Source: Actinomycetospora straminea | GTDB lineage: Bacteria; Actinomycetota; Actinomycetes; Mycobacteriales; Pseudonocardiaceae | Assembly (NCBI RefSeq): GCF_028737255.1 | Contig: NZ_JAQZAN010000026.1 | Coordinates: forward strand, 24,301-48,300 | DNA: 24,000 bases | Direction of reading: 5' to 3' | In this document: positions 1-7,474 of the stretch, piece after piece | Layout of the letters: each line of letters opens with the position of its first letter | Position numbering within the stretch: the first letter of the stretch is position 1 | Notes under the pieces: model-generated | The model's input: only the letters and a program-made list of their open reading frames with translations | Database searches by the model: none | Told to the model about the DNA's origin: nothing | Translations under genes and position numbers: made by a program

Positions 1-149
1 CGTCGGTGGTGCCCGACCCGCAGACGGCGACGGCGCTGGGCCTGGGCGAGGCGTTCCCGGCCGCGCCCGGGGCGGTGGTGGACCTGCTGCCCGCCGGCCC
101 GGTGCTGTCGGTGCCCGACGCGCTGACCCCGCTGCCCGCGGGCGGCTGA
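1..149 (+). CDS. 3' end of an unidentified protein-coding gene (5' end outside window)
   Basis: The frame ending in TGA at 147-149 (codons phased from nt 3) has almost exclusively G/C third positions, like the confident genes here. It translates ...SVVPDPQTATALGLGEAFPAAPGAVVDLLPAGPVLSVPDALTPLPAGG*. No domain is recognisable from 48 residues. Confidence 0.35.
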   Translation, partial: SVVPDPQTATALGLGEAFPAAPGAVVDLLPAGPVLSVPDALTPLPAGG

Positions 150-153
150 GGTC

Positions 154-1545
154 CTACTGGGGCGGCGTCGTGGTCGTCGTCGTGGTCTCGTCGTCGTCCG
201 GCGGGTCGACCGGCGGCGGGACGACCACCGGCGGGCGGACCGTCGTCGTGGTCGTGGTGGTGGTCGTCGTGGTGGTGCGCCGGGTGGTCGTCGTCGAGCG
301 CCGGGTCCGCGGGGCGGTGGCCGCCTCGGTCTCGTCCTGGGTGGTCGTGACCTGGGGCGCGACCGGCAGCGGCGGCGGGGGCGGCGCGAGGGTCGCCGAC
401 GGGGCCGGCGGCGGCAGCGGCTTCTCCTCCGACAGCACGGCGTACGCGACGGCGGACCCGGCGATGAGCAGCGTCGCGGCGGCCGCGGCCACGACGGCGG
501 CCAGCCGGCGACGGCGACCCCCGGGCCGGGCCAGCGGCGACGCCCCGGTGGGCTCGGGCTCCGCGACGCGCGCCTCGGCCGCGGGCCCGACCGCGATCGG
601 CCCGGAGCCGGCGACGAGGCTCGTCGGTGCCGTCATCAGCACCGGCGAGAGCACGGTCTCGGCCTCCATGCCGACCTCGCGGGACACCCCGCGCAGGGCG
701 GCGACGACCTCCTCGGCGGTGGGACGGTCGCCCGGCTCGTCGGCGGTCATCGCCGTGAGCAGCGCCTCGAGGCCCGGCGAGAGGCCCTGCGGGACGACCG
801 GGCGGCGGTGCAGGCGCGCCACGGCCGCCTCGAGGGCGTTGCCCGGGTACTCGCGGCGCCCGGTGAGGCACTCGATGAGCACCAGGCCCAGCGCGTAGAT
901 GTCGACCGCGCCGTCGATCGGCTCGCCGCGCACCTGCTCGGGGCTGAGGTACGAGGCGGTGCCGATGACCATGCCGGCCGCGGTGACCGGCGCGGCGTCG
1001 TGCACCGCGGCGATCCCGAAGTCCGAGAGGTGCGCGCGGCCCTCGCTGTCGAGCAGCACGTTGCCGGGCTTGACGTCGCGGTGCACGACGCCGCGGCGGT
1101 GCACGTAGGCCAGGGCGTCGGCCAGCGCCGCCCCGAGCGCGACGACGTCGACGACCGGCAGCGGGCCGCTGCGCACGCGCTGCGCGAGGGTGTCGCCCTC
1201 GATGAGCTGCATGACGAAGTACGCGCGCCCGTCCTCGTCGCCGACGTCGTAGACGGTGACGAGTCCCGGGTGCGACAGGCCGGCGAGCGTGAGCACCTCG
1301 CGGCGGTGGCGGGCCTCCTGGCCCTCCTCGATGTCGCCGATCTTCTCCGCGGGGTCGGCGGGATCGCCCGGCTCGGCGTCGGCGGCGGCGACGGAGCCCG
1401 CCGCGTTGAACATCTTGATGGCCACGTCGCGGCCGAGGAGCTCGTCGCGGGCCCGGAACACGTCGGCGGCACCGCCACGCCCGATGAGGTCGCCGAGCGT
1501 GTAGCGCCCGCCGACCATCGCGGGCGGACCGGTGTCGGTGCTCAC
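154..1545 (-). CDS. Hanks-type Ser/Thr protein kinase: single TM, Pro/Thr-rich low-complexity extracellular tail
   Basis: Kinase motifs are GRGGAADVF (Gly loop), VAIKMF, HRDVKPGNVLL, DFGIA and GTASYLSPEQ. The TM segment is RRRRLAAVVAAAAATLLIAGSAVAYAVL, followed by PPPAP and poly-Thr runs. I prefer the GTG start at 1545 because GGGAGGGGGG lies 6 nt upstream. ATG at 1518 is an alternative. The track start at 1701 adds a lower-GC3 extension. Confidence 0.9.
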   Translation of the reverse strand: MSTDTGPPAMVGGRYTLGDLIGRGGAADVFRARDELLGRDVAIKMFNAAGSVAAADAEPGDPADPAEKIGDIEEGQEARHRREVLTLAGLSHPGLVTVYDVGDEDGRAYFVMQLIEGDTLAQRVRSGPLPVVDVVALGAALADALAYVHRRGVVHRDVKPGNVLLDSEGRAHLSDFGIAAVHDAAPVTAAGMVIGTASYLSPEQVRGEPIDGAVDIYALGLVLIECLTGRREYPGNALEAAVARLHRRPVVPQGLSPGLEALLTAMTADEPGDRPTAEEVVAALRGVSREVGMEAETVLSPVLMTAPTSLVAGSGPIAVGPAAEARVAEPEPTGASPLARPGGRRRRLAAVVAAAAATLLIAGSAVAYAVLSEEKPLPPPAPSATLAPPPPPLPVAPQVTTTQDETEAATAPRTRRSTTTTRRTTTTTTTTTTTTVRPPVVVPPPVDPPDDDETTTTTTTPPQ

Positions 1546-1713
1546 TGCCCGCCCCCCTCCCGGTGCGCGCTCGCCCCGATCATCCCGTACGACCGGGTCC
1601 CTCGTCTGCGTGACGTCCCGGGCGGCGCGTCGCCCGAACGGCGGGTTGCCCCCGGTGGGCGCGGCGATCGTGCCACCGCACCCGGGCGGGGCCGCGACCA
1701 CCGGGACACCACC

Positions 1714-1732
1714 CGGAGGCGCACGGCCTCCG
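1714..1732 (-). terminator. GC-rich hairpin downstream of the HelD-like gene (possible terminator, no U tract)
   Basis: CGGAGGC-gcacg-GCCTCCG forms a 7-bp perfect stem with a 5-nt loop, about 50 nt past the stop at 1783. No U tract follows on the minus strand, so termination function is uncertain. Confidence 0.25.
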
Positions 1733-1782
1733 ACCGGTGGTTCGGTGCGGAGCGTGCCGGCGTTACCCGATCGAGGGAGACG

Positions 1783-4290
1783 TCACGCGGACCCGAGCCG
1801 CTCCAGCACGGACGGCAGGTCACCGGGGTGCACGACGGCCAGCGAGCGCGTCGCGCGCGTCAGGGCGACGTAGAGGTCGTTGAGGCCGCGCGGAGAGGCC
1901 TCGATCACGCCCGCGGGGTCGACGAGGACGACGGCGTCGAACTCGAGGCCCTTGGCGTCGGCGACCTCGGAGACCACGATCTGGGCGCCGAGGTCCACGG
2001 CCGGATCGCCGTCCGCGGCGCCGGTCGGTCCCGCCGCGACCCCGAGGGCCGCGGCCAGCGCGTCGACCCGGGCCCCCGGGGCGAGCACCGCGACGCGGCC
2101 GGCGCCCTCGGCGTCGACGACGGCCGCGCGGGCCTCCCGCGCCTGGGCCACGGCGGCGTCGACCAGCCCGGCCTCGTCGGTGGGGACGGCCCGCGGCGCC
2201 AGCCCCGACTCGCGGACCGACTCCGGCGGGCGCGCGCCCGGGTCGATCGCGGCGAGCACGTCGGCCGCGACGGCCATGATCTCCGCGGGTGTCCGGTAGT
2301 TGACCGTGAGCACCTCGCGGCGCCAGCGGGCCGCGACGTACGGCGAGAGCACCTCGGCCCACGACGACGCCCCGCCGCGCGCCCCGGTCTGCGCGACGTC
2401 GCCGACCAGCGTCATCGAGCGGCTGGGACAGCGGCGCATGAGCACCCGCCAGGCCATCGGCGAGAGCTCCTGGGCCTCGTCGACGATGACGTGCCCGAAC
2501 GTCCAGGTGCGGTCGTCGGCGGCGCGCTCGGCCGCCGAGGCGTAGGTCGCCTCGCGGGTGCGGTCGGCGAGCACGCTGGCGTCGACGACGTCGGTGGGGC
2601 GCAGCAGCTCGGGGTCCCAGTCCTCCTCCATCGCCAGGATCTCGAGCACGCCCGCGGCGTAGGCCTCGTCGGCCTCGCGCTTGCGCTCCTCCGCCTCGCG
2701 GGCGGCGGTGTCGTCCTCGCCGAGCAGCTCGGCGACCTCGTCGAGCAGCACCGCGTCCGCGGGGCTCCACCAGGCGCCGTCGAGCAGGTCGGCGGGCGGC
2801 GCACCGGCGCGGGCGAGCAGGTCGCGGTCGGCGTCGGACCAGCCGCGCGTCACGGCGCGCAGGCGGCGCGGGGAGGTGAACAGGTCGGCGAGCAGCTGCG
2901 GGGGCGTCAGCGTCGGCCACAGCTCGTCGAGCACCGCGCGCAGGTCGGGGTCGGCGCGCAGGCCGGCCCGCACGTCGGCGAGGTCGCCGCGGTCGAGGAG
3001 GTTCGAGCGCCCGTCGAGATCGCGACCCACCCGCTCGACCTCGCGGCGGGCGAGCTGGTCGACCACCTCGCGCACGAAGGTCCGCTTGGCGTCGTTGTGC
3101 GGGCGACGGGTGCGCCGGGCGCGGGTGCGGGCCTGGGCGACGACGTCGCGGTCGACGACCACCGGCTCGCCGTCCACCACGAGCCGGATCGGCTGGCGGG
3201 GCAGCTCCTGGCGGTCGCGCACCGCGTTCGACAGCACCTTGCTCATGTCCGTGCGGCCCTTGAGCGCCGCCGCGGCCGGCGCCTCGGGACGGTGCGCGGC
3301 GAGGCCCGGGTAGAGCTCGCCGACCGTCGAGAGCAGCACGCTCGTCTCGCCCAGCGAGGGCAGGACCTGCTCGATGTAGCGCAGGAACGTCGGGTTGGGC
3401 CCGACGACGAGCACGCCGCGGCGGGCCAGCTGACGGCGGTGCGTGTAGAGCAGGTACGCCGCGCGGTGCAGCGCGACCGCCGTCTTGCCCGTCCCCGGCC
3501 CGCCCTCGACGACGACGACGCCGTTGGCGCTGGAGCGGATGACCCGGTCCTGCTCGCCCTGGATGGTCGCGACGATGTCGCCCATGCGTCCCGTGCGCCC
3601 CGCCGAGAGGGCCGCGAGCAGCACCGCCTCGCCGGTCAGCCCCGTCCGCTGGGTGGCGCGTGACGCGGCGGCCGCTGCTGCTTCGTCGAGGTCGAGGATC
3701 TCGTCGTCCACGGCCGTGACGCGCCGGCTGCGCGAGCGGATGTGGCGGCGGCGGGTCACGCCGTCCGGCGACGCGGCGGTCGCGGTGTAGTACGGCCGGG
3801 CCGCCGGGGCGCGCCAGTCGACGAGCAGCGGCTCGTAGTCGTGCGCGTCGTCGAGCAGCCCGAGGCGCCCGACGTAGAGGACGTCCTGGTCGAGCCCCTC
3901 GATCGGGCCCGGGTCGCCGTCCACGGGCGGGGGCGGCGGCCGGTCGGGATCGAGGTCGAGGCGCCCGAAGCACAGGCCCTGCTCGACGGCCGACAGCGTC
4001 GCGAGCTGCTCGGAGTACATCTGCGCGGCGGCGTCACGCTCGGACACCGCCTGGGGCGTGCCGGTGGTCTCCTCGCGCAGCACGCGGGCGAGCAGGGCGG
4101 CCGTCTCGGCGCGCCGCTCGTCGAGCTTGCCGTAGAGCATCGTGACGTAGGGCTGCTCGGTGGCGACGGGGTCGGCGCCGGGATCCGGCGGGTCGCCGCG
4201 CGCGGTGTCGGCGGCGGACGGGGACGTACGGGTCACGCGGGCCTTCTCCAGCGGACGGTCCGGCGTCGGTGTGCCGGGACGACCATTCAC
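1783..4290 (-). CDS. helD: HelD-type (helicase IV-like SF1/UvrD fold) RNA-polymerase-associated ATPase
   Basis: The N-terminal region reads EQPYVTMLYGKLDE...LYVGRLGL...LVDWRAPAARPYYTAT, typical of HelD. Walker A is VVVEGGPGTGKTAVALHRAAYLL. The C-terminal SF1 motifs are HVIVDEAQELSP, LTVNYRTP, KGLEFDAVVLVDP and LYVALTRATRSLAVV. The start is uncertain: GTG at 4290, or GTG at 4236, which is preceded by GGAGAAGG. Confidence 0.85.
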   Translation of the reverse strand: MNGRPGTPTPDRPLEKARVTRTSPSAADTARGDPPDPGADPVATEQPYVTMLYGKLDERRAETAALLARVLREETTGTPQAVSERDAAAQMYSEQLATLSAVEQGLCFGRLDLDPDRPPPPPVDGDPGPIEGLDQDVLYVGRLGLLDDAHDYEPLLVDWRAPAARPYYTATAASPDGVTRRRHIRSRSRRVTAVDDEILDLDEAAAAAASRATQRTGLTGEAVLLAALSAGRTGRMGDIVATIQGEQDRVIRSSANGVVVVEGGPGTGKTAVALHRAAYLLYTHRRQLARRGVLVVGPNPTFLRYIEQVLPSLGETSVLLSTVGELYPGLAAHRPEAPAAAALKGRTDMSKVLSNAVRDRQELPRQPIRLVVDGEPVVVDRDVVAQARTRARRTRRPHNDAKRTFVREVVDQLARREVERVGRDLDGRSNLLDRGDLADVRAGLRADPDLRAVLDELWPTLTPPQLLADLFTSPRRLRAVTRGWSDADRDLLARAGAPPADLLDGAWWSPADAVLLDEVAELLGEDDTAAREAEERKREADEAYAAGVLEILAMEEDWDPELLRPTDVVDASVLADRTREATYASAAERAADDRTWTFGHVIVDEAQELSPMAWRVLMRRCPSRSMTLVGDVAQTGARGGASSWAEVLSPYVAARWRREVLTVNYRTPAEIMAVAADVLAAIDPGARPPESVRESGLAPRAVPTDEAGLVDAAVAQAREARAAVVDAEGAGRVAVLAPGARVDALAAALGVAAGPTGAADGDPAVDLGAQIVVSEVADAKGLEFDAVVLVDPAGVIEASPRGLNDLYVALTRATRSLAVVHPGDLPSVLERLGSA

Positions 4291-4332
4291 GGTAGCGCCG
4301 CCCCCCGACGTCGCGCCGCCGAGTGGCCCACC

Positions 4333-5379
4333 TCAGACGGGGTGGTTGCGCGCCACCCCGTCGTCGTCGGCGGCCCGCGTGATCCGCTCCTGGGCGACGA
4401 GCACCTCGAGGTGGGCGTCGGTCTCGAGCACCGCGAGCATGCGATTGAAGGTCTCCAGCTCGTCGAGCCGCAGCTCACGGCGGGTCCAGCGCAGGGCCAC
4501 GGCGATCTCGGCGGCCGTCGTCATCCCCTTCTCCACGGCCGCGGCGATCTCGTCGAGGCGCCGGTCGTGGTGGAGCAGCAGCTCGTCGACCCGCGCGTGC
4601 ACGCTCGGCGCGACCGGCCCGTGGGCGGGCAGCAGCAGGCGGTCGGGTTCGGCGCGCAGGGCCGCGAGCGACGCCAGGTACCGGATGAGCGCGCCCGGTT
4701 TCGCCGCCGGCTCGAAGCCGATCGAGGGCGTGATGTGGGGCAGGACGTGGTCGCCGGCGAACAGCATCGGGCCGTCGGCGACGGTCCCGTCGACGTACAC
4801 CAGGTGCCCGCGGGTGTGGCCCGGCGTTTCGCGGGCGACCAGCGAGCGTCCGCCGGCGAGCAGCTCCTGGCCGTCGACGAGCCACTCGTCCGGGTCGGCG
4901 AAGTCCTCCACCGGCGGCGCCTCGGCGTCGGCGAGCCAGGCCAGGACGGTGTCGGCGAGGTCGGCGGCGCCCGCCCGCTGCAGGCCCGCGACCTGGGCCT
5001 GCATCCCCGTGTCGCGGCCCCGGACCTCCCGCAGCGACTCGGCCTCGCCCGCCCCGAGCGCCACCCGGCCGCCGTGGGCCCGGCGCAGCGCGATCGCCTG
5101 GCTGTAGTGGTCGCGGTGCACGTGGGTCACGAGGAAGCGCCGCACGTCGCCCGGCTCGGCGCCGAGCTCGCCCAGCAGGCGGCGCAGCACGTCGCGGGAG
5201 GCGTCGATGGCCCAGCCGCCGTCGACGAGCGTGAGGTCGTCGGCGCCCCCGTCGGGGGTCAGCGCGTAGACGTTGACGGCGCGCAGCGCGTCGCTGGGCA
5301 GCGGCAACGGCAGGCGATGGACGCCGGGCGCGACGGTCTCGAGCTCGGGCCTGGTCCAGGCGTGCCGGTCGGAGATCAC
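4333..5379 (-). CDS. MBL-fold metallo-hydrolase
   Basis: The HxHxDH motif is present (LVTHVHRDHYSQA), with later His/Asp ligands (ETPGHTRGH, FAGDHVL). GTG start at 5379 overlaps the upstream stop as GTGA. Confidence 0.85.
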   Translation of the reverse strand: MISDRHAWTRPELETVAPGVHRLPLPLPSDALRAVNVYALTPDGGADDLTLVDGGWAIDASRDVLRRLLGELGAEPGDVRRFLVTHVHRDHYSQAIALRRAHGGRVALGAGEAESLREVRGRDTGMQAQVAGLQRAGAADLADTVLAWLADAEAPPVEDFADPDEWLVDGQELLAGGRSLVARETPGHTRGHLVYVDGTVADGPMLFAGDHVLPHITPSIGFEPAAKPGALIRYLASLAALRAEPDRLLLPAHGPVAPSVHARVDELLLHHDRRLDEIAAAVEKGMTTAAEIAVALRWTRRELRLDELETFNRMLAVLETDAHLEVLVAQERITRAADDDGVARNHPV

Positions 5380-6098
5380 TCCCCGGAGGATGCCCCTGCC
5401 CCGGCACCCGCCGCCGCGTGGGGGTCGCTGACGCCCTCGCGGGCCGCCCGGGCCTCGGCACGGCGCGCGCCCGCGACACCGAAGTGGTCACCGCCCTTGC
5501 GGCGCGCGTCGTCGGTGCCCCAGGAGCGCTTGCGGTCCACCGGGACCATCCGCGGGATGTGCTTGCGGCAGTGGATGTAGGCCTCCTCGACGGTGACCTC
5601 GACCCACACGTCCGCCTTCCGGCCCGGCACCGACTCCTCGGGCAGGTCGGGGTGCGCGCTGCGCAGGAGCACGTCGTCGACGAGGCGCGCCGAGCCGTTG
5701 ACGTGCAGCCCGATGAGCTCGTCGGTGAAGTCGACCATGAGCAACCCCACGTGCGGGTTCTCGGTGATGTTGCCCAGGCTCGCCATGACGCCGTTGCCGC
5801 GGTACTCCGGCCAGGCCAGGTGCCGGTCGTCGAGCACCCGCAGGAACCCGGGCGGTCCCGCGCGCAGCGTGGAGTCGCACTCGCCGTGCGCGTCCGACGT
5901 CGCCACGAACGCCATCGACATGCGCGCCACGAACTCCTGCATGGCCGGGACGAGCCGGTCGCACATCTGGTCGGCGTGGAACCGCTCGGCGCGGTCCGAC
6001 GTGCCGAGCGCGTCCTGCAGGACGTGCTCACCGGCGGAGCCCGGGCGCTCGGGGTGGGGGTCGGGCTGATCGGGCTGGGGGGTGACCCGGTCGCTCAT
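5376..6098 (-). CDS. Pyridoxamine 5'-phosphate oxidase-like FMN-binding split-barrel protein
   Basis: MAFVATSDAHGECDSTLRAGPPGFLRVLDDRHLAWPEYRGNGVMASLGNITENPHVGLLMVDF matches the PNPOx-related flavoprotein pattern. ATG at 6098 is preceded by GGAGAGG 6 nt upstream. The track start at 6188 adds a Pro/Arg-rich extension that I do not trust. Confidence 0.75.
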   Translation of the reverse strand: MSDRVTPQPDQPDPHPERPGSAGEHVLQDALGTSDRAERFHADQMCDRLVPAMQEFVARMSMAFVATSDAHGECDSTLRAGPPGFLRVLDDRHLAWPEYRGNGVMASLGNITENPHVGLLMVDFTDELIGLHVNGSARLVDDVLLRSAHPDLPEESVPGRKADVWVEVTVEEAYIHCRKHIPRMVPVDRKRSWGTDDARRKGGDHFGVAGARRAEARAAREGVSDPHAAAGAGAGASSGE

Positions 6099-6229
6099 CG
6101 ACGCCTCTCCGCGATCCGCTGGGGACCGCCGTGGTCGCGGCGGCGCACCGGGCGGGGCTGGTGGGACCCGTGAGGAAGGAGGGACCACCCCGCCCGCGGA
6201 GCCGCTCCGTTCGGGGGACGTGCTCGATG

Positions 6230-6239
6230 GAACATGTTC
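6230..6239. promoter_or_regulatory. Perfect 10-bp palindrome GAACATGTTC in a divergent intergenic region (candidate operator)
   Basis: Read directly from the sequence. It is a relatively AT-rich perfect palindrome in a GC-rich non-coding stretch, about 130 nt upstream of the PNPOx/MBL/HelD array. Confidence 0.3.
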
Positions 6240-6339
6240 GTCCGGTCGCTGTCGAGTCGCTCCGTGACCCGACGCTCGCCCGGCGCAGTCGTCGTCCGTG
6301 CCGCTGCGACCCGTTCTGCGCCGAACAGCCGCACTTCCT

Positions 6340-6355
6340 TGTGATCTGTGTCACT
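6340..6355. promoter_or_regulatory. CRP/GlxR-like site TGTGA-N6-TCACT
   Basis: TGTGAtctgtgTCACT matches the TGTGA-N6-TCACA consensus of actinobacterial CRP-family regulators at 9 of 10 half-site positions. It sits in the lowest-GC patch of the intergenic region and is flanked by a GTGATC direct repeat (6341-6346 and 6358-6363). Confidence 0.35.
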
Positions 6356-6682
6356 TCGTGATCAGGCCGAGACCGGGGCGCGGTGGGACCGTGACCCTCG
6401 CTCACGGGCCTGAACAGGCGCGACGTGACGGGCACCGAGGGTCCCGTGACCGCTGCACCGGGTGACGGGGCCTTCCCCCGCCTCCTACCGTGGTGGGCGT
6501 CCGGAGACCCGTGGCAGCTGGCTCCGGACCCGCGCTCGTCCCGCCCGGGCCTGTCCGGCGGGCGCGGCCCCCGAATCCAGCGGTGACAGGCCGACAGCCG
6601 ACATCGGACTCCCCACCGGTGACGGCACCCGGCTCGCTCCCCCTCGCGCCGGGTCGCAGCGGCGGCGCGCCGGAGACCCCGC

Positions 6683-7399
6683 ATGTCCCGACACCGTGCG
6701 GCGCCCGCCCGAGCGGCGACGCCTCCCCCGACCGACCCCACGCTGCACGCGGCCGAGCCGCACCCGTCCGGGCCGCTCCCCCGCTCCGGGCGCCGGGCCG
6801 AGCCCCACCCGTCCGGGCCGCTCCCCCGCGCCCGGCGCCGGGCCGAGCCCCACCCCTCCGGGCCGCTCCCCCGCGCCCGGCGCCGGGGCCCCGACGAGCC
6901 CGACACCGCCGCGCTCGACCTCGCGGCCATCGCGCTCGCGGCCGCCGGCGCCCGTCAGGCCGGGCTGCCGGCCACCGGGACCTCGCCCGCCACTGGGGCG
7001 ACCGCCGTCCCGCGCACGACCGCCGACGACCCGGCGGGCCGCACCGCCGGCCCCGTCACGGGCGGCACGCCGCGTCCGGCGTACCCGGCCGCCGTCCCGA
7101 GCGCGCTCGCGCCCGTCACGCCGTCGCACCCGCTGCCCGCGGTGGCGCGCGACCCCGGTCGACGCACGGCCCTGCCGACCCGCACCGCCGGGGCCCTCGC
7201 CCTGGTCGGCGCGCTGGCGGGCGGCGGCGTCGCCGTGATCGGCGGGAGCGCCGTGCTCGCGGCCGACCCCACGCCGGCCTCGGTCGACCTCGCGCCCGAG
7301 GTGGCCAGCGCGGCCGCGAACGCCGCCGTGCCGGCCGACGAGCCCGCCGAGCCCGCCGAGCCGCCCGCCGACGCGGTCCTCGACCTCGGCGGCTACTGA
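6683..7399 (+). CDS. Hypothetical single-pass membrane protein with three tandem 15-aa repeats
   Basis: G/C third positions are near-saturated across the frame. ATG at 6683 has GGAGA 6 nt upstream. The N-terminus MSRHRAAP resembles many actinobacterial envelope proteins. The repeat unit is AEPHPSGPLPR(S/A)(G/R)RR x3. The TM segment is ALALVGALAGGGVAVIGGSAVLAA, and the acidic C-terminal tail ends ...DEPAEPAEPPADAVLDLGGY. A strong hairpin lies 9 nt after the stop. No known domain was recognised. Confidence 0.55.
   Translation: MSRHRAAPARAATPPPTDPTLHAAEPHPSGPLPRSGRRAEPHPSGPLPRARRRAEPHPSGPLPRARRRGPDEPDTAALDLAAIALAAAGARQAGLPATGTSPATGATAVPRTTADDPAGRTAGPVTGGTPRPAYPAAVPSALAPVTPSHPLPAVARDPGRRTALPTRTAGALALVGALAGGGVAVIGGSAVLAADPTPASVDLAPEVASAAANAAVPADEPAEPAEPPADAVLDLGGY
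6752..6886 (+). repeat. 45-bp tandem repeat x3 inside the 6683-7399 CDS
   Basis: Units lie at 6752-6796, 6797-6841 and 6842-6886. Unit 1 versus unit 2 has 3 mismatches, and unit 2 versus unit 3 has 1 synonymous mismatch. The units are in frame (15 codons each). Confidence 0.9.
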
Positions 7400-7407
7400 G
7401 CCGCACG

Positions 7408-7455
7408 GACGACGGGGCGGTCGGGAGTCCGAGGACTCCCGACCGCCCCGTCGTC
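7408..7455. terminator. Bidirectional hairpin terminator between convergent genes
   Basis: GACGACGGGGCGGTCGGGAGTCC-ga-GGACTCCCGACCGCCCCGTCGTC has 23-nt perfectly complementary arms. It lies 9 nt after the stop at 7399 and 20 nt after the mIHF stop at 7475. Confidence 0.75.
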
Positions 7456-7474
7456 GTTCGCGGTCTGCTCGCGA

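Noticed and set aside
1546-1701. N-terminal 52-aa extension of the kinase ORF
   Set aside because: Third-position G/C drops here (GTA, GAT, GCA and GGA codons). A strong GGGAGGGGGG SD lies inside this stretch, just upstream of the GTG at 1545.
808-3663. 951-aa plus-strand ORF, plus 1820-3973 (-) and 3742-5580 (+), overlapping the kinase, HelD and MBL genes
   Set aside because: The translations are Arg/Gly/Pro/Ala/Asp low-complexity strings with no motifs. They are antisense or off-frame to genes with clear domain signatures. These are typical shadow ORFs of a very high-GC genome.
4291-4332. A dedicated drug-responsive palindrome (rifamycin-associated element) directly upstream of the HelD-like gene
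   Set aside because: The 42-nt gap contains no notable inverted repeat, and the gene appears embedded in an operon. I cannot reproduce the element's consensus reliably from memory, so a proper model scan is still needed.
6230-6239. GAACATGTTC as a LexA SOS box
   Set aside because: The actinobacterial/Gram-positive SOS box is GAAC-N4-GTTC. Here the half-sites are separated by only 2 nt, so it does not fit.
6227-6361. 44-aa Cys-rich small ORF (MEHVRPVAVESLRDPTLARRSRRPCRCDPFCAEQPHFLVICVTS) in the long intergenic region, considered as a possible small peptide or RiPP precursor
   Set aside because: Third-position G/C is only about 70% by my count, against near saturation in real genes. There is no SD, no adjacent modification enzymes, and its start overlaps the GAACATGTTC palindrome. 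It is probably not coding, although ribosome profiling could revisit this.
6752-6886. 45-bp repeats as a CRISPR array
   Set aside because: The units are contiguous with no spacers, in frame inside a coding region, and not palindromic. This is a coding tandem repeat, not CRISPR.
6028-6930. 300-aa minus-strand ORF with GSGPxGWGSARR repeats
   Set aside because: It is the antisense reading of the tandem repeat and the intergenic region. It has poor codon bias and crosses the well-supported PNPOx start region.
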